Shown: in pieces, positions 1 to 12,870 of the stretch | Position numbering within the stretch: position 1 is the first letter of the stretch | Layout: every line of letters begins with the position of its first letter | From: Botryllus schlosseri | Taxonomy: Eukaryota | Reading direction: 5' to 3' | Length of the DNA stretch: 64,000 nucleotides | NCBI GenBank assembly: GCA_051294905.1 | Contig: CM119377.1 | Span: 7,750,001 to 7,814,000, forward strand | The notes under the pieces: generated by a model | Told to the model about the DNA's origin: nothing | Seen by the model: the letters and a program-made list of their open reading frames with translations, nothing else | The model's database searches: none | Program-made: the position numbers and the translations under genes

Positions 1-271
1 CGCAGACATTACGAAGTCACCCTGATTGCCGTTACTATCCCCATATTTTTAGTTTTTCCACAAACCCCAACAAAACGTCTCTAAACAGCAATATGTTTGT
101 ATCAGCAGGTTATTGGAAAACTGGCAATGAAAATGAGTTTCCCCGCTACGATAGGTCATGTCAGACGATTATGATGATGATATGAGTCATGAGGTTTTAG
201 CAGTTGTGGTGCGAAACTGGCTCATGCTTTCTCAAATAAAAAATATCATAAAAATTAGTTTATCAACCGTT

Positions 272-355
272 TTAAAAATTTAGAGGTCTCGCGGACCCCC
301 TGAAATTGCTTCGCGGACCCCTAGGGGTCCGCGGACCCCCGGTTGAGAACCGCTG
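272..355. mobile_element. Right end of a hAT-like (Charlie/Buster-type) MITE, partial
   Basis: Ends in GGTTGAGAACCGCTG (reverse complement CAGCGGTTCTCAACC, a typical hAT TIR). Repeated CGCGGACCCC motifs include a perfect 22-bp palindrome at 312-333. Left end and TSD not found. Confidence 0.55.
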
Positions 356-1029
356 TTCTAGACTCCTCTTCCCTCGAGTCGCTGTTCTTACTGCGACAAA
401 AAAGCCTTGATAAAGACCCGATGATAGAGCGCACTCACAATGAATGGAAAGGGCAAGAGCCACTGAATAGAGACTAACGTCGAAAAAAGGAATTAGGCCG
501 AGGTGGGTGCCAGTTTGAAAGACCGCAACTGGTCGTTCAATACCCTCCTATATGTCCATAACCTCGCATGTCTTTTGCATCGTACATGTACATTGTGTGT
601 GTCTTGTTGGAATGAAAATATAATCTGACGATTATTGATATTATTATTATTGAGAAAGGCGGTTAAAATATCAAAGACCGAGCACTGCTACGTCGGTAAT
701 TATAGGCCGAGCTGGATATTGGATATACCGTACATGTTCATTTCGACATCCTTCAACCTGCTTATTGCATCACATTGTGCCTCGTGTAATTGCATCGCAC
801 ATCTTGAGCTGATGGATTTCTACAGACCAACAATACACAGGAACTATATGAACTACGGCCAACTGACTGTGAGCTAACTGTGCGTACACCGTACATGTGC
901 AGTTGTGCACTGTGGTGTGCACTGTGCAGTGCGCAGCCACTGAATGCCGATGTGGAGCTGAGTTGAGCACTAATTTGGATCTGAAAAATAGGATTTTGAT
1001 ATGCATTTATGATTATGTCGAAGCTGGAT

Positions 1030-1520
1030 TTCATTAGATCGGTTAATTATTATCGTTCGTCAGTCCAATCGAAGTTACAATATGGCATCCTCTGTTGCTC
1101 TGTTGGGGGCTGCCAGTAAAACTGCACTCGAGCCACTGTAAAAACTACAACATAACGTACTCCGTATCGTAGCTGACCCAAAGGGGCCTGATTGTCAATC
1201 CAACAAGCCGCTGCTGATGAGATTCGATGTCCTAAACATAGAAGATATGCGGAGCCTATGAAATCGCAAAGTTTATGTATCAGTCATCGCCATTGCGGTC
1301 ATTGCCCCGAATATTTCAATGACTTCTTTACCTCAAAATAAAAAGCGCACAAGTACAACATACGCGCGTCCACGCCGTCCAAATATCATATGATCGACCG
1401 AAAAGATCATCACTTCATCAAATATGCCGGACCTGACGTGTGGAACAGTATCCCGCCAACAGTCGACGAGAATGTCCACATTCAAGTCAAAAACACAAGC
1501 AATTCATACTATATAAATTC
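1030..1520 (+). mobile_element. Decayed 3' fragment of a CR1/L2-like LINE ORF2
   Basis: Frameshifted translation gives ..QSKLQYGIL..ASKTALEPL*KLQHNVLRIV..KFMY..H.YN.R..IKYAGPDVWNSIP, matching the recalled C-terminal region of CR1/L2 reverse transcriptase ORFs. Contains stops and frameshifts. Confidence 0.65.
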
Positions 1521-2544
1521 TAGTCCGCCCTCAAGATTACCGGACCAGGACCTGACCCATCGATTTCGCCTTCCGTGACATGTCAACCTATTTTGTCGCT
1601 TGCTTTGTATACCATCTTCTTTTACTTTTCATTCAGTGCACATTGCACTGTACAATGTGCATGCCTCCTCTTTACATCGCCTAGGCCCTAGGCCAAGGTG
1701 GGTGTCTGATTCCAGAGACTACTCCAAGTCGTTTCGACATCTTCCTATCTTTCCATTGTATCACAATTTTTTGTGGTGTATTGAACTGATGAAAATTGCT
1801 AATAAAGAAATAAACCGAACTGAACACTAGTGAACCTTAGATTACGAAACCTCCGGTGGAGGACGCTATATACCCTTTGTCATGATAACATGAATAAGCA
1901 TATTATGCTACGAAATGCTTCACCCAGATTCTCGACTAAATCGTAGGGCCAAGGCAGTGCTGTAGCTGGACGAATTGTAGGCTGATTGAAAATACTTGGC
2001 GATCTAATCATTGAAATCTAGCGTAGTCTGTAACGTGATGAATTGATGAAGCAACAGGCCTACATAGAATGGATACTGTATGAGTTACCGGTATTTCTTG
2101 AAGTGTTCACAAAGTGACGTTTTTGCTATATATGTAAGCACTATATGCGTCTATGCCCCATGTCAGAATATTCGGAGTGTAGGTATACATGAGAGACTGT
2201 GAAATGTAAAAGTCTACTAGCCGATAACGGGTGGTACGAGATAATTTGAACGAGTAGCTCATTCCTCATATAATGTAGAAATACTAGGTTTCTAAAGTCT
2301 CCCAGACACCTAGGTAAATGCATAATTACTCAGCTATTCAATTCGGCACAAGTTGTAAATCTGATCGCACTGATATATTTTCAAGTAAATGCATGGAACT
2401 TATAGATTCATGAACAGGAAATGTAACATCACAAGAGACGAGTTGGCATCCCATAGCTGCAATTCTCAGTATTGTACATCTATACAATGTTGACACACGA
2501 TATTCTGATCTTCTATCATTCAGGCATATCAAGAGAGTGTAATT

Positions 2545-3162
2545 ATGTCTATATTGGAGTATAACGGTGGCGCAGTCATGGCTATGAAAGGCAAAGGCTG
2601 CGTAGCTATTGCATCAGATCTCCGCTATGGCGTACAAGCACAAACTGTGCATATGGATTTTGAAAAACTGTTTCCAATGGGAGAAAGACTCTACATTGGA
2701 CTAGCAGGGCTCGCCACCGACGTGCAAACGGTATCAAGCAAACTCAATTTCCGTCGTAAATTGTATGAACTGCGAGAAAACCGAGCAATCAAACCCAAAA
2801 CATTCATGAGCGTTGTATCGAATCTATTGTACGAGAGAAGATTTGGTCCGTTCTTTGTGGAGCCTGTTATCGCTGGATTAGATCCAAAGACAGATGAGCC
2901 ATACATCGGCTCGCTTGATTTGATTGGATGCCCGATGGAACCAGAAGATTTTGTTGTAAGTGGAACCTGTTCTGAACAAATGTACGGGATGTGTGAAGTT
3001 TTATGGAGGCCCGAAATGAACCCAGATGAACTTTTTGAATGTATTTCCCAATCGCTCCTTAACGCTGTCGACAGAGATGCTGTGTCCGGCTGGGGGGCCG
3101 TTGTTCATGTCATTGAAAAAGACAAGATTACAACTAGGAAACTGAAGGGGAGGATGGACTAA
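2545..3162 (+). CDS. PSMB3: Proteasome subunit beta type-3, single coding exon, 205 aa
   Basis: Intact [32 protein letters not shown]...DRDAVSGWG...[11 protein letters not shown], full length for the family. A candidate splice acceptor (ctatcattcag, ending 2523) lies 21 nt upstream of the ATG. Confidence 0.97.
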   Translation: MSILEYNGGAVMAMKGKGCVAIASDLRYGVQAQTVHMDFEKLFPMGERLYIGLAGLATDVQTVSSKLNFRRKLYELRENRAIKPKTFMSVVSNLLYERRFGPFFVEPVIAGLDPKTDEPYIGSLDLIGCPMEPEDFVVSGTCSEQMYGMCEVLWRPEMNPDELFECISQSLLNAVDRDAVSGWGAVVHVIEKDKITTRKLKGRMD

Positions 3163-3563
3163 TTCCAATCAGTAAATCTTCGGATATAATATACCGTATC
3201 TGATGTTGACGCACGGATTGTACATTATCGAAGTTTGTGGAAATTTTTGGATAAGTGTTCTACCTTGTGCCAGGTGTTCGCAAGTTTCTGTGTACGCTTT
3301 TTTGGTAATATTGTCACATTGCGCATACCTGCATTAAAGCAGTTAGTAGGAATTCTTGGGACTACTGATTCAATTTGTTTCCTTCCCCTACAGCATAACA
3401 TGTGGGTCAAATTTCAACAGTAGACATGCAAGTCGTTTGTTACTAGCATGATCGCAGCTATTCGAATATTTGATCATTGTAGTCGTAGATTTATCCTACT
3501 CGCCATTGACCAATACCATTATTGTGAATCGCAAACAACCTGGCATTGTTTGTGAACGTCATG

Positions 3564-6500
3564 TCATGATGGTGGTTGGTCCTCTGCCTCTCCTGGTATT
3601 TTGAAACGAATCGATGATATTCTTTGAGTAGAGTGTCCGTCAGTGACCTGTCCTACAGAATCATTGATATCATTAGCTTGCATCTCAGAGAAATGGTTAG
3701 TATTTCTGCGAAAAGAAAGAATACTCTCGTCCAGGAATTTGGATGGTATTTTAGGTTGTTTTCGTGGAAACCAATTTTGGGAGATGTCCTGCTGTACCCT
3801 GTTCAATCTTATTCTAATCGCTTCACGTAATGATTTGGGTGCTGACACGTCACGGCTGTTGACATCTTGAATTCCAGCCAATACCCATTCCATCAACAGA
3901 AGAACGAATCCGGTCCCCATTGCCAGAGCTACAAAGTAGAATACACCTGCTAGCTCTTCGAACTGCAGTCTCTTGTAATTCGCATCATTGGCTGTAGTTT
4001 GTCTGATGCATTCACCCAGTTCGCTGAAATATCTCTCCCAAAGAACTGTCATGTAGCCGGATTCTTTTAATCGCAGAATGTTCCTAGAGAAGACAGGCTT
4101 CAAAGGAGAATTTTTTGTGAATGCAGCGGCATACGCAACTCCCCCAAATCCTACGTTGACAGTCCGTAGCTGGCAGTTGGATTTTGAAGCTTCCAGGTCC
4201 AAAACTAACGAGTCCCAGAAAAACGCGTAGCTCCCGTTCCCCACTCTTTCCATGCCCTTGTCGGTCGAGGACACCATAAACCTGTCTGGATCAGATTGCA
4301 GATAGTTATATATGCTAGTCGCAACCTTAACTCCAGACGATTTGAAAATGAATTCAACCGAACTGTCGGAAACGGTCCCGTAGTCGATTTTAGTTTGAGA
4401 AACCAGGTCCGAAACGGAATCCCACGCTGTGATGTCCATTTGGTTCGACGCAACAAAGGCTACCATGTTAGCTGTGTAAGACGCGACAAAGACAACTGCA
4501 GAGAGATACCAAACCGCAGTCAGAATGCGTGCGGAAGGCGCACGGGGAACCGTTTCTGGTGTCTGCCAAAACAAGGACGCCCACACGAAGAACAACACAT
4601 TGCTCATTCCCATCCTGGTATCAGCGTTTTCTTTCTCTTCCCGTAGTTTCTTAACCTCATCTTTGCGGTTGGATTTCACGTTCCATTCTGACGCGCTGAG
4701 GTTGCTATAACTAGATGTCTTCCTTCGAAATTTGTCAGCTCTAGGGCCAAGGTAGAAATGTCCTCTCGCTCCGTACGGGCTGAGACGAGAGAGCAAGTTC
4801 AAGAATGATGCCAGACACAATACACATATGGCTATAGCAAGATATAACGAATTTTGAAACGGAAGTAGAAATCCAAACGCTGACGGCTCTGCTTTAACAT
4901 GAGAAGTCAAATTAGCGATTGCGGACGCGTTAATGATATATTTCAGGCCTATATCAACAAAAGCTGTGGAAAAGTCAACCACAGCCGCTCGCTCCGCCGT
5001 CACAGTGATAGGGGCTACAGCCGCATGAGATTTCCCTCGTTTGACATCGCCTATTATGCCGTTCCACAGGCCTGAATCACTGTCGTACCCTCCATACTTC
5101 GAATCCTCCACTAGTCTGAGCGTGTACCGCAACCCTGCGTTCTCACTAATCTTTTGCAGCATATCTACGCAATAACCGCTCAGCTCAACATCCATGCCTG
5201 GTTTTCTATCGCCTAACGGGACCGAATCAGTGTAAACTCGATTCGACAAAATCTCGCCTTTATACGATGTGTTCTGACTGCCCAGCATTACGAACGGAGG
5301 CTCGAGAATCGTGACGACATGCACGATCGGAACGTCGGAGCTTTCCTCGCCATTTGCTTGCCTTGGCCTTGGAGTATTCATCCTGGATGCTCTCAAAGAT
5401 TTTGAAAAATTCAAGAACAAAAGCGATGACATGTTCAGTTTTGTCACCGATTTCCAATCTCCCATTTCTGTCCACTTACCGCTCTTTGAAAGCAGTATGT
5501 CGTAATTTGTAGAGTTGATCTTTCCGTCTGGGTCGAACAACAGAGGACTGGTAAGTCCCGACGCGTTCGCACGCAAGATGGCGTTGCGCAGTTGCAAACC
5601 ATCAAATTCTTTGGCTGGTAGTCCTTGATGCTGCAACATAATCGATATACAATTACACATAGTCGCAACAACGACAGGAAATGTACTTGTTTGAAGTGCG
5701 CGATATTGTTATTTGTTACAGACACACCTTGCTTCGATAACCTTCGACACCGTGCGCAACGCTCAACATTCCATCAATGTATTTTTCTAATCCTAATCCT
5801 AGCTCATTTTGAAAATCCGAATTCGGTCCAATGTTTCTGTCATCCCAAAATGACTTCAAATCGCGTAGCAGATTACCCCCCGAAGCCGCAGGTCTTGTCC
5901 CGATCAGACCTTTGAAAATACAGATTAAATTCCAACTATTTGAAAATCCAACAGTCGTAAACATGGAAACTAATATTCGTACCATCGAAATTAGTTTTCT
6001 GTAAATCGCCATTTGATGTCGTGTATTCAACCTTCAACACATCCGGTGCTATCAGTCCGTCCAGCAATATCCAAACCCAATTTTTAGACACGACCAATCC
6101 TCTTTGAAACGCTTCTTGCAAGAGATAAGCTCCAGAGTCTTCATTGGTCGCGACGGCGATGGGGTGGGCTTTGAGATCCCGTAACTGATTGAGTACTTGC
6201 GTGATTTCTTCGACGAAATACGATCGCTCGGTCTGCGTTACAAAAGCCGGAGAGACAAAAACATACGGCAACGGTTTGCACAGTATAGTGTACCGATACT
6301 GCTAGCTCAGGAAATACACCTATGGACTTTATTGAAAGCGATTACTAATGCATATTTCGGCGTAATATAGGCAATCGAAAATTATTGAAATTTTAAGCTC
6401 CTGGGCGGCTAGGCCACTTGGTTGATAACTGTATAACTCTAACACTTTGCATCATGAATTAGGGTGGACTGAATATAGAGAATTTATAGCCTTAATTGTC

Positions 6501-9500
6501 ACAGTCCTACTTTTTGTGCTCCAATGCAAGTGAATTTCATTTCACATTTTGCGGTGGTTACTGTGGGGTATATGCGGTCTGTGTCTTTATTTATCCTTCA
6601 AAGGATATCCTTCAAATGACATCACCAGTGAATTTTCAAAGCTAATACCATGAACGCATCTCATCCACAGACGAAATGCTATGTTTGCGACTAGCCAGTT
6701 ACGTGCAGGTACAAAACATCACCGCGGTTTTCTCGTTGAGATATGGTGACAATGACAAGTTCGCTGTGTACAATAACCTAAGACCTAACATGGTACGGCG
6801 TATTGCATGACGGTATCCCAAACCAAACGTGGGATCATATCACAATTCACAAGTCACTTAGTGATATACGACGCCATGGATTCCGCAGTCACGGTTCGCA
6901 AGAAGTGTATGGACATGGACAATGCTTTTGTGCAGAACAATGATACTGCAAAATCTCACGGCCACCTGATTTCAAGGGGGCGGAAACTTGATTGTTACAC
7001 AGTTGTGAAACGAATCTACAAAGTACACTTCAGTGTGCACTATATATACATTGTGTAGGATTACTCGTAAACTACGTCCCTGTGAGTGATAATACCGCGA
7101 ACTTTTGCCTGGTTTTACCGACCCATTATCAAAGAAAGTTTGCGCTATCCTATTCACCGCGTTTAGAATCCGGAGCTACTATCGTAAGCGTTTCGGGTAA
7201 CGTTGCTATGTAAATTCGGATCGCTCAGATACTCACGGTCACAGTGTGACATGTTGATTAGATTAGGTTCGGTTGGGAGAGCGACAAAATAACTCGATTA
7301 GAAAAATCAAACAGCACCTTGCAACCTAATATTCTTGTGATTGACAACTGAATGTTTCCGGCTGAGCCGGCTTGACTGACAATCAATATTCGACGTTACA
7401 GACGGGCAAAAATTTCGGATTTGACTGCATAATTTATCAACAACTGGCAAAGCTGCCGAGTATGATACAATTCTGGTCAAGAGTCACGAATCTTTCAACT
7501 ATTGTTTTTCAAGTCGAGTAACTGGGAAATTAAAAATTAATCTCAGGGAAAATCCGCTCGTAAAATTCGACCGTGCTTTACCATCTTGAAAAGCTACCCC
7601 GTGGCTGTGTCATTTCGCTAATGAAAACACACTTCGGCGAGTTATACAATGTTGAACGCCACATATAGCATGAAGTTGAACCGCGCCAAGGCCAAGGGAT
7701 TAAAGTCAAACACTTGACACGTCAGCTTGGTTTTACGGATACGTTAAATCAGCGAAACGGTAGATTTATTTTATGCCTGCATCGAGAGGTATATAGTTAC
7801 ATGTTATGTTTTGTATATAAACAGAGTATTTTATGCGGGCACCAAAATTCACGATAACACCTAAAACGGGTGCATGGTTCGTCAGCTAACATATATACAT
7901 TGGCTTGCGATTATATATTAACCATCGCACGAAAACCATTTCAAAATTGCGCGCTCAATGCGCAAATATGCCATTATATCACAATGCACTATTACAATAC
8001 TTTGATCATCAACGGACGTGTTTGTACGGCTGTCAAATTCATTGCGTAACACCGATTCTCAAACACGAAAACCAATTATTCATAAGTCCTTTGAATTACG
8101 TATTGGCGACGACTAAACGATACACCTCGTCACTGGACGTACGCTGTTATCGAAGCATTTTGCATCAATTAGGATGATAAGCGATAGTCCGTAACGACCG
8201 AGTAATTGTGTTTTCAGGCTATTTCGTGTCTCCGTAAATCGTCAAATTTCGGTTTTACGAAGCAATACCGGGCACGATTCATCTTGAGTTCGATATTCAA
8301 ACGTTCAGCGTGTGGCGGCTGTGTTATTATGTTACGGTACTGAACGAAACGGTTTGACACACAGAACTCTTTATATAAACATTAAACACATACCATCAAC
8401 TCAACATACTGTACTCTAAAAACATAAGTGCCACTGTACTGGTGCATTGCGTCTGCTCGGAATGTACTATAATGGGTTTTATACTTTTTACACCCCGAGT
8501 TCGTAACTGCATGTCCCGGCGCGTAAATTTCGCGTGAAGCGCTATATATTTTGCTGGCATTACGATGTCAACACAAATATCGTATGTACGTTGACATCCG
8601 ATAAAATTTATTGCAAACTCCCGATGAGTGAAGTATATGCCTAAGTTCACAGAAACCCGCGGTGCGTCCGGTGGTCCGAACATTTGAAATGAGGATATCC
8701 ACATATGGCTTTCGTGTGGCTTGTTTTGTGTGGAAACGACTATCATTGAATAGTATATTCATATTGAAATGAACCCGAGTATTTTCGGCTGACACTCGTC
8801 AGGGGTAACCGTCAACAGCTAGTAGAGAAATGGAAGTACATTGCATATCTACAATCGTATCACGACTATCAAGACGAAAATGCTCGGCGTCAAAGAGAGG
8901 CGGCATTTCTTTAACCAACATGATTATTGTGATTTGTGAGAGAAATTTCATTTTGGTTGTTTCTGCAGTTCGAGGTTCAGGCCCAAGATCGAAACAATTG
9001 AAATTTTGCATAATTTCGGACAATGAAATGATGACTCCAGTTTTATACGCACGATCAATTGATCATTGATCACGCATGATAATTGTAGACTAATTGAATA
9101 GGGTGTTTCTTAACGTTCAAATGCATTTCGGTTTGCATCGTAAACGTGTATGTATATCCTAATCCAAAATATCAACAATCTTATAAGAGGCCGATATCTA
9201 CCATCTTGGACAACCAGTCAACCGAATTTATAATTTTAGTCCGATTCTAATTTCCTCGACGCATTCCAAATAGCGAGTGTCAAAACAATGAATATCTTCA
9301 ACATATCGAGTGTCACAATAACGTGTCATTCAAAATAACCCAGCCTAACCTTACACAATACACATATCCCTTAACCCAACACCTGTAAACCTATGCCAGG
9401 TTAACTCTAACACTAATTTAGTATTTGGAACAACTCCCTCGCTATTTAGAATAGTATCAATAAACACCGATTTCAAACACATTTTGCCTTACCTTCAATC

Positions 9501-10695
9501 GCGTAACGACCTCCAATTTGATTCTACGGTTCATTGCCAGGGTCATCAAAGCATCCTCGACACCAAATCCGTAATCGTTGTCCGTCGTTATGATCGACAG
9601 ACACTCCCAGCCGTAAAACTGCAGGATATCCAGAACCGCCTGTAACGATGGGGTTTATGAAACTCGCAATCAGATTTTAGGACTTGAAGGAAAATTGATA
9701 ATGGAATGTGGTTTGGTGGGATCGGCTCTTTGGGGTTATCGGAAGCCCTTCCATTTCAAACTTGAAACTTCGATTCTATCTCCAATATTTCTCAGCTCAT
9801 GTTAAAATCAGTGATTCGTATTATCAGTTATTTAGTTAGTTGTGTTTTAGTTAGTTCGTTGCGGATTTTCAAAGGTTGATAGCTGTAGTTCTAGCTCTAG
9901 TTGCGAGTTCTGAAAGGTGAGTAGTTCTAGTTCTAGTTCAAAATCCAGTAGTTTGTGCAAGCTTGTCAATCTCCGTCTCCCTAACTTAGATGGTATTTAA
10001 TATTAACAATAAGAATGTTTTTTTTTAAAGCTTACCTGTGTCTGATATGTGTCAGGCGGTGACAGACGTACCATCAAAGGAAATCGCTTGGTCTGGCGCA
10101 ATGCTGGGTCCGTTGCAAACGGAAGAACATGGGGCACGTCCTTCTTGACCGCATACGGATGCATCTGCAAATCTTGTATTTTGAGAAGTGCTTGTCGTTA
10201 GACTAGTTGGTGCATACGTCGGCGCGACTATAATTCGACTCACAAGTTTAGAAGAGGTGCTGGAGCCTGGTCCCACGATTGCTTGTATATTTAGGTTATC
10301 CATATTTGTTGCAATCCTGTACAATCCAGACCCCGTTACATCTTGCAATAGATAATTATCGTTTTCGGAAGGTAACAGCCTAAACAGCAAAAAAGTCGCG
10401 TTCGATATCGTGAATTCGCGGAGACTGATGTATGACACATAATTATAATTAGTCATGAACTCGTATAAACCATAGTCAATAGGCATGTCCGTTACCTGAC
10501 TTCCATCTTCCATCCCTCAGAAAGTATGATGTTATTGACGAAGCTCAAGACCAGATCCAAGGCCTGTATAGTTTTGTTCCCATTCACCGGCGCACCCACC
10601 AAGGCCACGCCTATTGTTTTTGACTCATTCGAATCGATTTCTGCTTTTATGATTGCAGACAAAAGCACAAATCCTGTCAAGATTCTCCACAGCAT
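3564..10695 (-). CDS. Divergent ionotropic glutamate receptor subunit (signal peptide, LIVBP-like ATD, S1/S2, M1-M4), ~1051 aa, 7 exons
   Basis: GT-AG exon model, all in phase: 10496-10695, 10244-10424, 10036-10164, 9493-9639, 5983-6232, 5728-5909, 3564-5630 (3156 nt). ATD motifs AIVGPGSS, RLSPPDTYQ, ILQFYGW, DNDYG; S1 APITVTAER; M3 SYTANMVAF; S2 YGTV..SSV and AFFWDS. Confidence 0.9.
8746..8860 (+). repeat. Dispersed repeat family E (unclassified)
   Basis: AATAGTATATTCATATTGAAATGAAC..TCGGCTGACACTCGTCAGGGGTAA..CTAGTAGAGAA. Related copies or fragments at ~38521-38600 (+), ~40070-40125 (+), ~40270-40330 (-), ~41680-41735 (-), ~51780-51890 (-), ~53915-53942 (-). Confidence 0.75.
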
Positions 10696-11025
10696 GACGT
10701 CTGACTATAGTCGCTATAAATTTGATCGACATGACGACTGCATCAACCATTCGCATGGATCCTTAGCTTTGTTACGTCATTAACGTATGTATATGTGTAC
10801 TGTTTGTGACGAATTGTAAACTAACGTACTCATGTCTGTTTTGTTTACATAATACATATAGATAACTATAACAAGTAACCACTTCAGCTGGTTTTCGTAG
10901 GTGCTCCCTCATTTTCATTCTGGAGGCGTAAACGTTGTCTACGGCTTCACACAGGATCGATTACTTTCAGAAGTTGATACTATTTTCATACAACGTACGT
11001 TGGCATAAAATGTGAGATTAAACAG

Positions 11026-12870
11026 TAGGGCTCTTCAAAAATGACTTTTTTTCTCAAATCGTACTGGCTACTTGATAAGATTGTAAAGCCCGTATCAGAC
11101 GAGGCGATGTCGGCGAAGCGTTAGTGTTTGTTTTATCATCGCTGCCATCGGCCGAATCGCCGGCGATTTTAATTGACAGTGTCAATTAACTCGGCGACAT
11201 CGCCGGCGATGAGAGAAGTGGAAGATGCGCTCATGCGTATCCATATACAAACCAGTGTCGAGACTTGAAAAGCGTCACTTTTGCTCAAGCCGTTTGGCAG
11301 ACGGACCTTCTGGCGAGGCATTGCGAAACGAATTACTGCGATGTAGTACTAAATTATTGAGCTGCTTCACTTATCCAGTATAGGCCGGCATTGCAAAATC
11401 GGATGCACCCACCACCTTCGAGTAGCACCAGCACGCGCACATTCTTCTGCAGCTATCATGGCAGTCAAATCAAAACTCGTGCTACTTTCAACTGTTTTGA
11501 CCAACCCTTACAAATACCATACTACCATGGTTCTGAGAAGGTTTCATTCGACAAGACATTGTAGCATGAACACATTAGACAGGCATCATAACCATATTGC
11601 AGAATTAGTTTCGAATATTTTCGGCTAGTTGTTGCTTTGTTTCTGGATAATTTTGATCAGACGTGACGTGACTTTTAACTTCAAGTTGAAAACAAAAATC
11701 GTCAGCTCGACAACCAAAACGGACAGTGTACCCCTTGTTATAGGACTGATGGCACTCTTAAGTTGTTCTGTCAAAGGTCCAAGCAAATATAAACCGGCCA
11801 ACTCTAGGCCCTAAATGTATGTAGCTCCGCTGCGCAATTGGGATTCTTCGGAATGTTTATTCTGTTCGGATTTTCTGGATTATGGACAAGATTTTTCAGA
11901 TTTGCATGGGTATTTGGATGAGACTGTTCGTATTCGGAAGGATTGCTCCTCAGAGCTTTGAGCTGTCGGATGGATTCGGATTCTCAGAAATCACTATCCG
12001 CCCATCACTGATCATAATACGGTAGTATGACAATGTAGTACACAGTGTGCCTGACCTGTACAACAACAAAAAACCGATTCGCAGATGTCAATCATCCCAA
12101 AGTCACTCAACTATGACATAGTCATAGTTGAGTGACTTTGAATCATCCATGAGCAGGTTTAAATGCAACGGGTCAACGCCTTCTGAAACTAATCAAGTGC
12201 AACGATCTCTCACATGATAGTAGAGAAATTATCGGCCGACATCGCCGGCATCGCCTCGTCTGATACGGCCTTTAGGTTACCTAATTTAAGCCTACACACA
12301 AAATTTGGTTCAATTCCAGCCAGTAACCGTTTTGCTACAGGAGAAGAAAGTTTCTATTTATTATATAAAAATAAATAATAAAAAATTTAAAAATTTTCTG
12401 TTCACCCCATGAAGGTGTTAGGCTGTCTATAGAAACGATCCTCACCAAATTTGGTTCAATTCCAACCAGTGGAAGCGGAGTTATTGCCGTCGAAAAATTT
12501 TGATTTAAATAAAATAGTATTTACGGTGAGCACAACTATAATAAATAAAGAAAGAATCGGCCACCGTAAACACTATTTTATTCAAATTTTTCGACGGCAA
12601 TAACTCCGCTTCCACTGGTCGGAATTGAACCAAATTTGGTGAGCATCGTTTCTGTAGACAGCCTAACACTTTCATGGGGTGAACAGGAAATTTTCAAATT
12701 TTTTGTTATTTATTTTTATATAATAAATAGAAACTTTCTTCTCCTGTAGCAAAGCGGTTACTGGCTGGAATTGAACCAAATTTTGTGTGTAGGCTTAAAT
12801 TAGGTAACCTAACAATTTTATCAAGTAGCCAGTACGATTTGAGAAAAACAGTCATTTTTGAAGAGTCCTA
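11026..12870. mobile_element. Foldback element family C (hAT-like termini), copy 1, interrupted by a nested insertion
   Basis: Termini TAGGGCTCTTCAAAAATGAC / GTCATTTTTGAAGAGTCCTA; perfect 8-bp TSD TTAAACAG (11018-11025, 12871-12878). Segment 12272-12812 is a near-perfect hairpin. Homologous to 46568-47228. Confidence 0.9.
11087..12271 (-). mobile_element. PIF/Harbinger-derived non-autonomous element nested in foldback C1
   Basis: ~23-bp TIR AG(C/G)CCGTATCAGACGAGGCGATG; 3-bp TSD TAA/TTA at the TTA site of the uninterrupted copy. The minus strand near 11370-11460 encodes RRWWVHPIL, the recalled N-terminal motif of Harbinger transposases, followed by a stop. Confidence 0.75.

Noticed and set aside
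6592-6616. TATCCTT motifs resembling U12 donors in the iGluR intron
   Set aside because: Part of a short local repeat/palindrome; no matching exon or branch site, and the gene model needs no intron there.
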